DNA of 64,000 nucleotides from Xylographa opegraphella. Lineage: Eukaryota. The stretch lies in NCBI GenBank assembly GCA_022813865.1, contig JALDZX010000040.1, forward strand, positions 62,001 to 126,000. The letters are read 5' to 3'. The position numbers were made by a program, and so were the translations under genes. Shown here one piece after another: positions 62,504 to 64,000 of the stretch. The notes beneath the pieces are model-generated. The model did not search any database. It worked only from the letters and a program-made list of their open reading frames with translations, and was not told the origin of the DNA. How positions within the stretch are numbered: position 1 is the stretch's first letter; each line of letters begins with the position of its first letter.

Positions 62504-63106
62504 CTATCTGAGTCCTCGTGAGCACTCTCTGAGCAATTGTGTTACAGATAAGCTTACTGGTCCATTCGAATCCCCAACATTGCTCCACATCGATACTCCA
62601 TAGCTAGTCATTGGAAATACTGCATCTGGTGGAATCTCGCTCGTATGTAGTATGTTGTTGGAGTTGGCGCCTGGGTACTGGACGAATTCCTCTTGCGAAC
62701 CCCGAGCACGGTCTTCAGAGTCTTCCAGATGATGCCGAGATGATACGATGTTGCGACTGCTGAACTTTCGAACCTTTCTGCGGCTAGAAGATGATTCACC
62801 ATGTATAGGGTCCCGATTGACAACCCAAGGAGGCGGGATATTCTCGGATTCGTTACTATTGCAATGATATCTCTGGCGATTTGGAGGCTGCGGCTCGTCT
62901 ATCGTGGAATCACAGACTGCTGTGGCACGGGAATCGACTCGTGAATGATGAAAGGGGTCCTGGAGTATAGGTTGTTGGCTCGAAGAATCCGTTTGAGGTG
63001 GAGGATCTCCAATACATCGCTGTTGAACACCCTCTACTTCTTCCTGAGACAAGGCCTCTTCCGGGATCAAGGCTGGCCTCCGAACTTTACGGTAGGTCTC
63101 CCCCAT
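62504..63106 (-). CDS. Hypothetical protein (low-complexity, unrecognised); ends uncertain, possibly spliced
   Basis: About 200-codon ORF from ATG 63106 (MGETYRKVRR). Possible donor CCA|GTAAGC near 62557. No recognisable motif. Confidence 0.35.
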   Translation of the reverse strand: MGETYRKVRRPALIPEEALSQEEVEGVQQRCIGDPPPQTDSSSQQPILQDPFHHSRVDSRATAVCDSTIDEPQPPNRQRYHCNSNESENIPPPWVVNRDPIHGESSSSRRKVRKFSSRNIVSSRHHLEDSEDRARGSQEEFVQYPGANSNNILHTSEIPPDAVFPMTSYGVSMWSNVGDSNGPVSLSVTQLLRECSRGLR

Positions 63107-64000
63107 TGAGCTTGAGATATGAAAGTAGGGAACCAAATCAGGACGTTCTCAAAAGACAAAATGAACATTACTGTAGAGCAAGACTGTCGACATATAGAGG
63201 AATGCTAAGACTATTGTAAATCTTAGCTATGAATAGAGAACGTAGAAACCCGTAGCAAACGCAAAACCTCCGGGAACGGGAATCGCTCATGTGGTGGCGA
63301 AGCTCGGGCTGCTACATTTGACGTTGGCAAGAAAAACGATTTACAACGCGGTCCCTTTCAGAGTTCTTATCTTAGTATCTGAATCAAATTTGACACCTTA
63401 ACAAAAGTTATCTTCTCGAACTGGCAACTTGATGTGCATTTTATTACATATCTCTGAGCTGCGTAAGAAAAGTGATCAGGCTGCTTCACGGCATTCGGCT
63501 GAGAAGAAATCCGGAACAGGTACGGAGTAGGCAATCGCACCCAGAAGCCCGCCTTCGAATCTAATCATGAGCTTGAAGACATCCGGCTGCTAGCTGCCCT
63601 AGATTGACTTCAGCAAACTAAGGTATCTAGGTATTTTGACTGGAATCTAGAGCCATCCACATACCAGAATTATTGGAGGTTGACAACTGCCGAATTGTGC
63701 ACTTAATTTTTTCATGGGTGTTGGCGTCATTGCATAATTCATAAAAAGGGCTGTTTATCGATAAGAGAGCCTTGACTCACAGAGAAATTCAGTCTCATTC
63801 TCACAAAGGAACAATACGTTCGAACGTTGCCCTACAAATGCACTTGTTGGCTTATCTCGCAGAGGTACTCATAACGCCCAGATGGAGACCAAAGGTGGAA
63901 CGTCCAGAGGCACTCTAGCTGCTCCCAAGCTCCGTCAGTACTACACACTATTTATAATGCATGTACTAAATCCCGTAGAGAGAGTGGACAAACAACCCGA

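Noticed and set aside
1..64000. CRISPR arrays, transposons, RIP-mutated repeats, rRNA, secondary-metabolite cluster
   Set aside because: No spaced direct repeats, transposase/RT motifs, LTRs/TIRs, AT-rich blocks, rRNA motifs or PKS/NRPS domains were seen.

Overview
Eukaryotic genomic window from a filamentous ascomycete (inferred from short GT/GC-AG introns with CTRAY branch points and the gene families present). I find 13 well-supported intron-containing genes plus one weak ORF: RTA1-family transporter, DUF8035-like protein, a tandem-domain DUF8032-like protein, ZNFX1/Hrr1/SAD-3-like SF1 helicase, SPT8, DUF7918-like protein, CTI6, an Aly/REF(Yra1)-like RRM protein, a conserved-looking hypothetical protein, a STRAP/unrip-like WD40 protein, DOA1/UFD3, a Red1/ZFC3H1-like zinc-finger protein and myosin II heavy chain. 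No rRNA, tRNA, CRISPR array or recognisable transposon was found. The best leads are: (i) the DUF8032-like gene, which has an internal domain duplication, a probable ATG-only first exon with alternative donors, a possible one-domain isoform and ~9 kb of gene-free upstream DNA; (ii) two candidate unproductive (poison) splicing events in neighbouring genes; (iii) two GC-AG introns; (iv) a concentration of nuclear RNA-surveillance and chromatin genes at 21-53 kb. Family names come from recalled motifs, not database searches, and all splice models are predictions.
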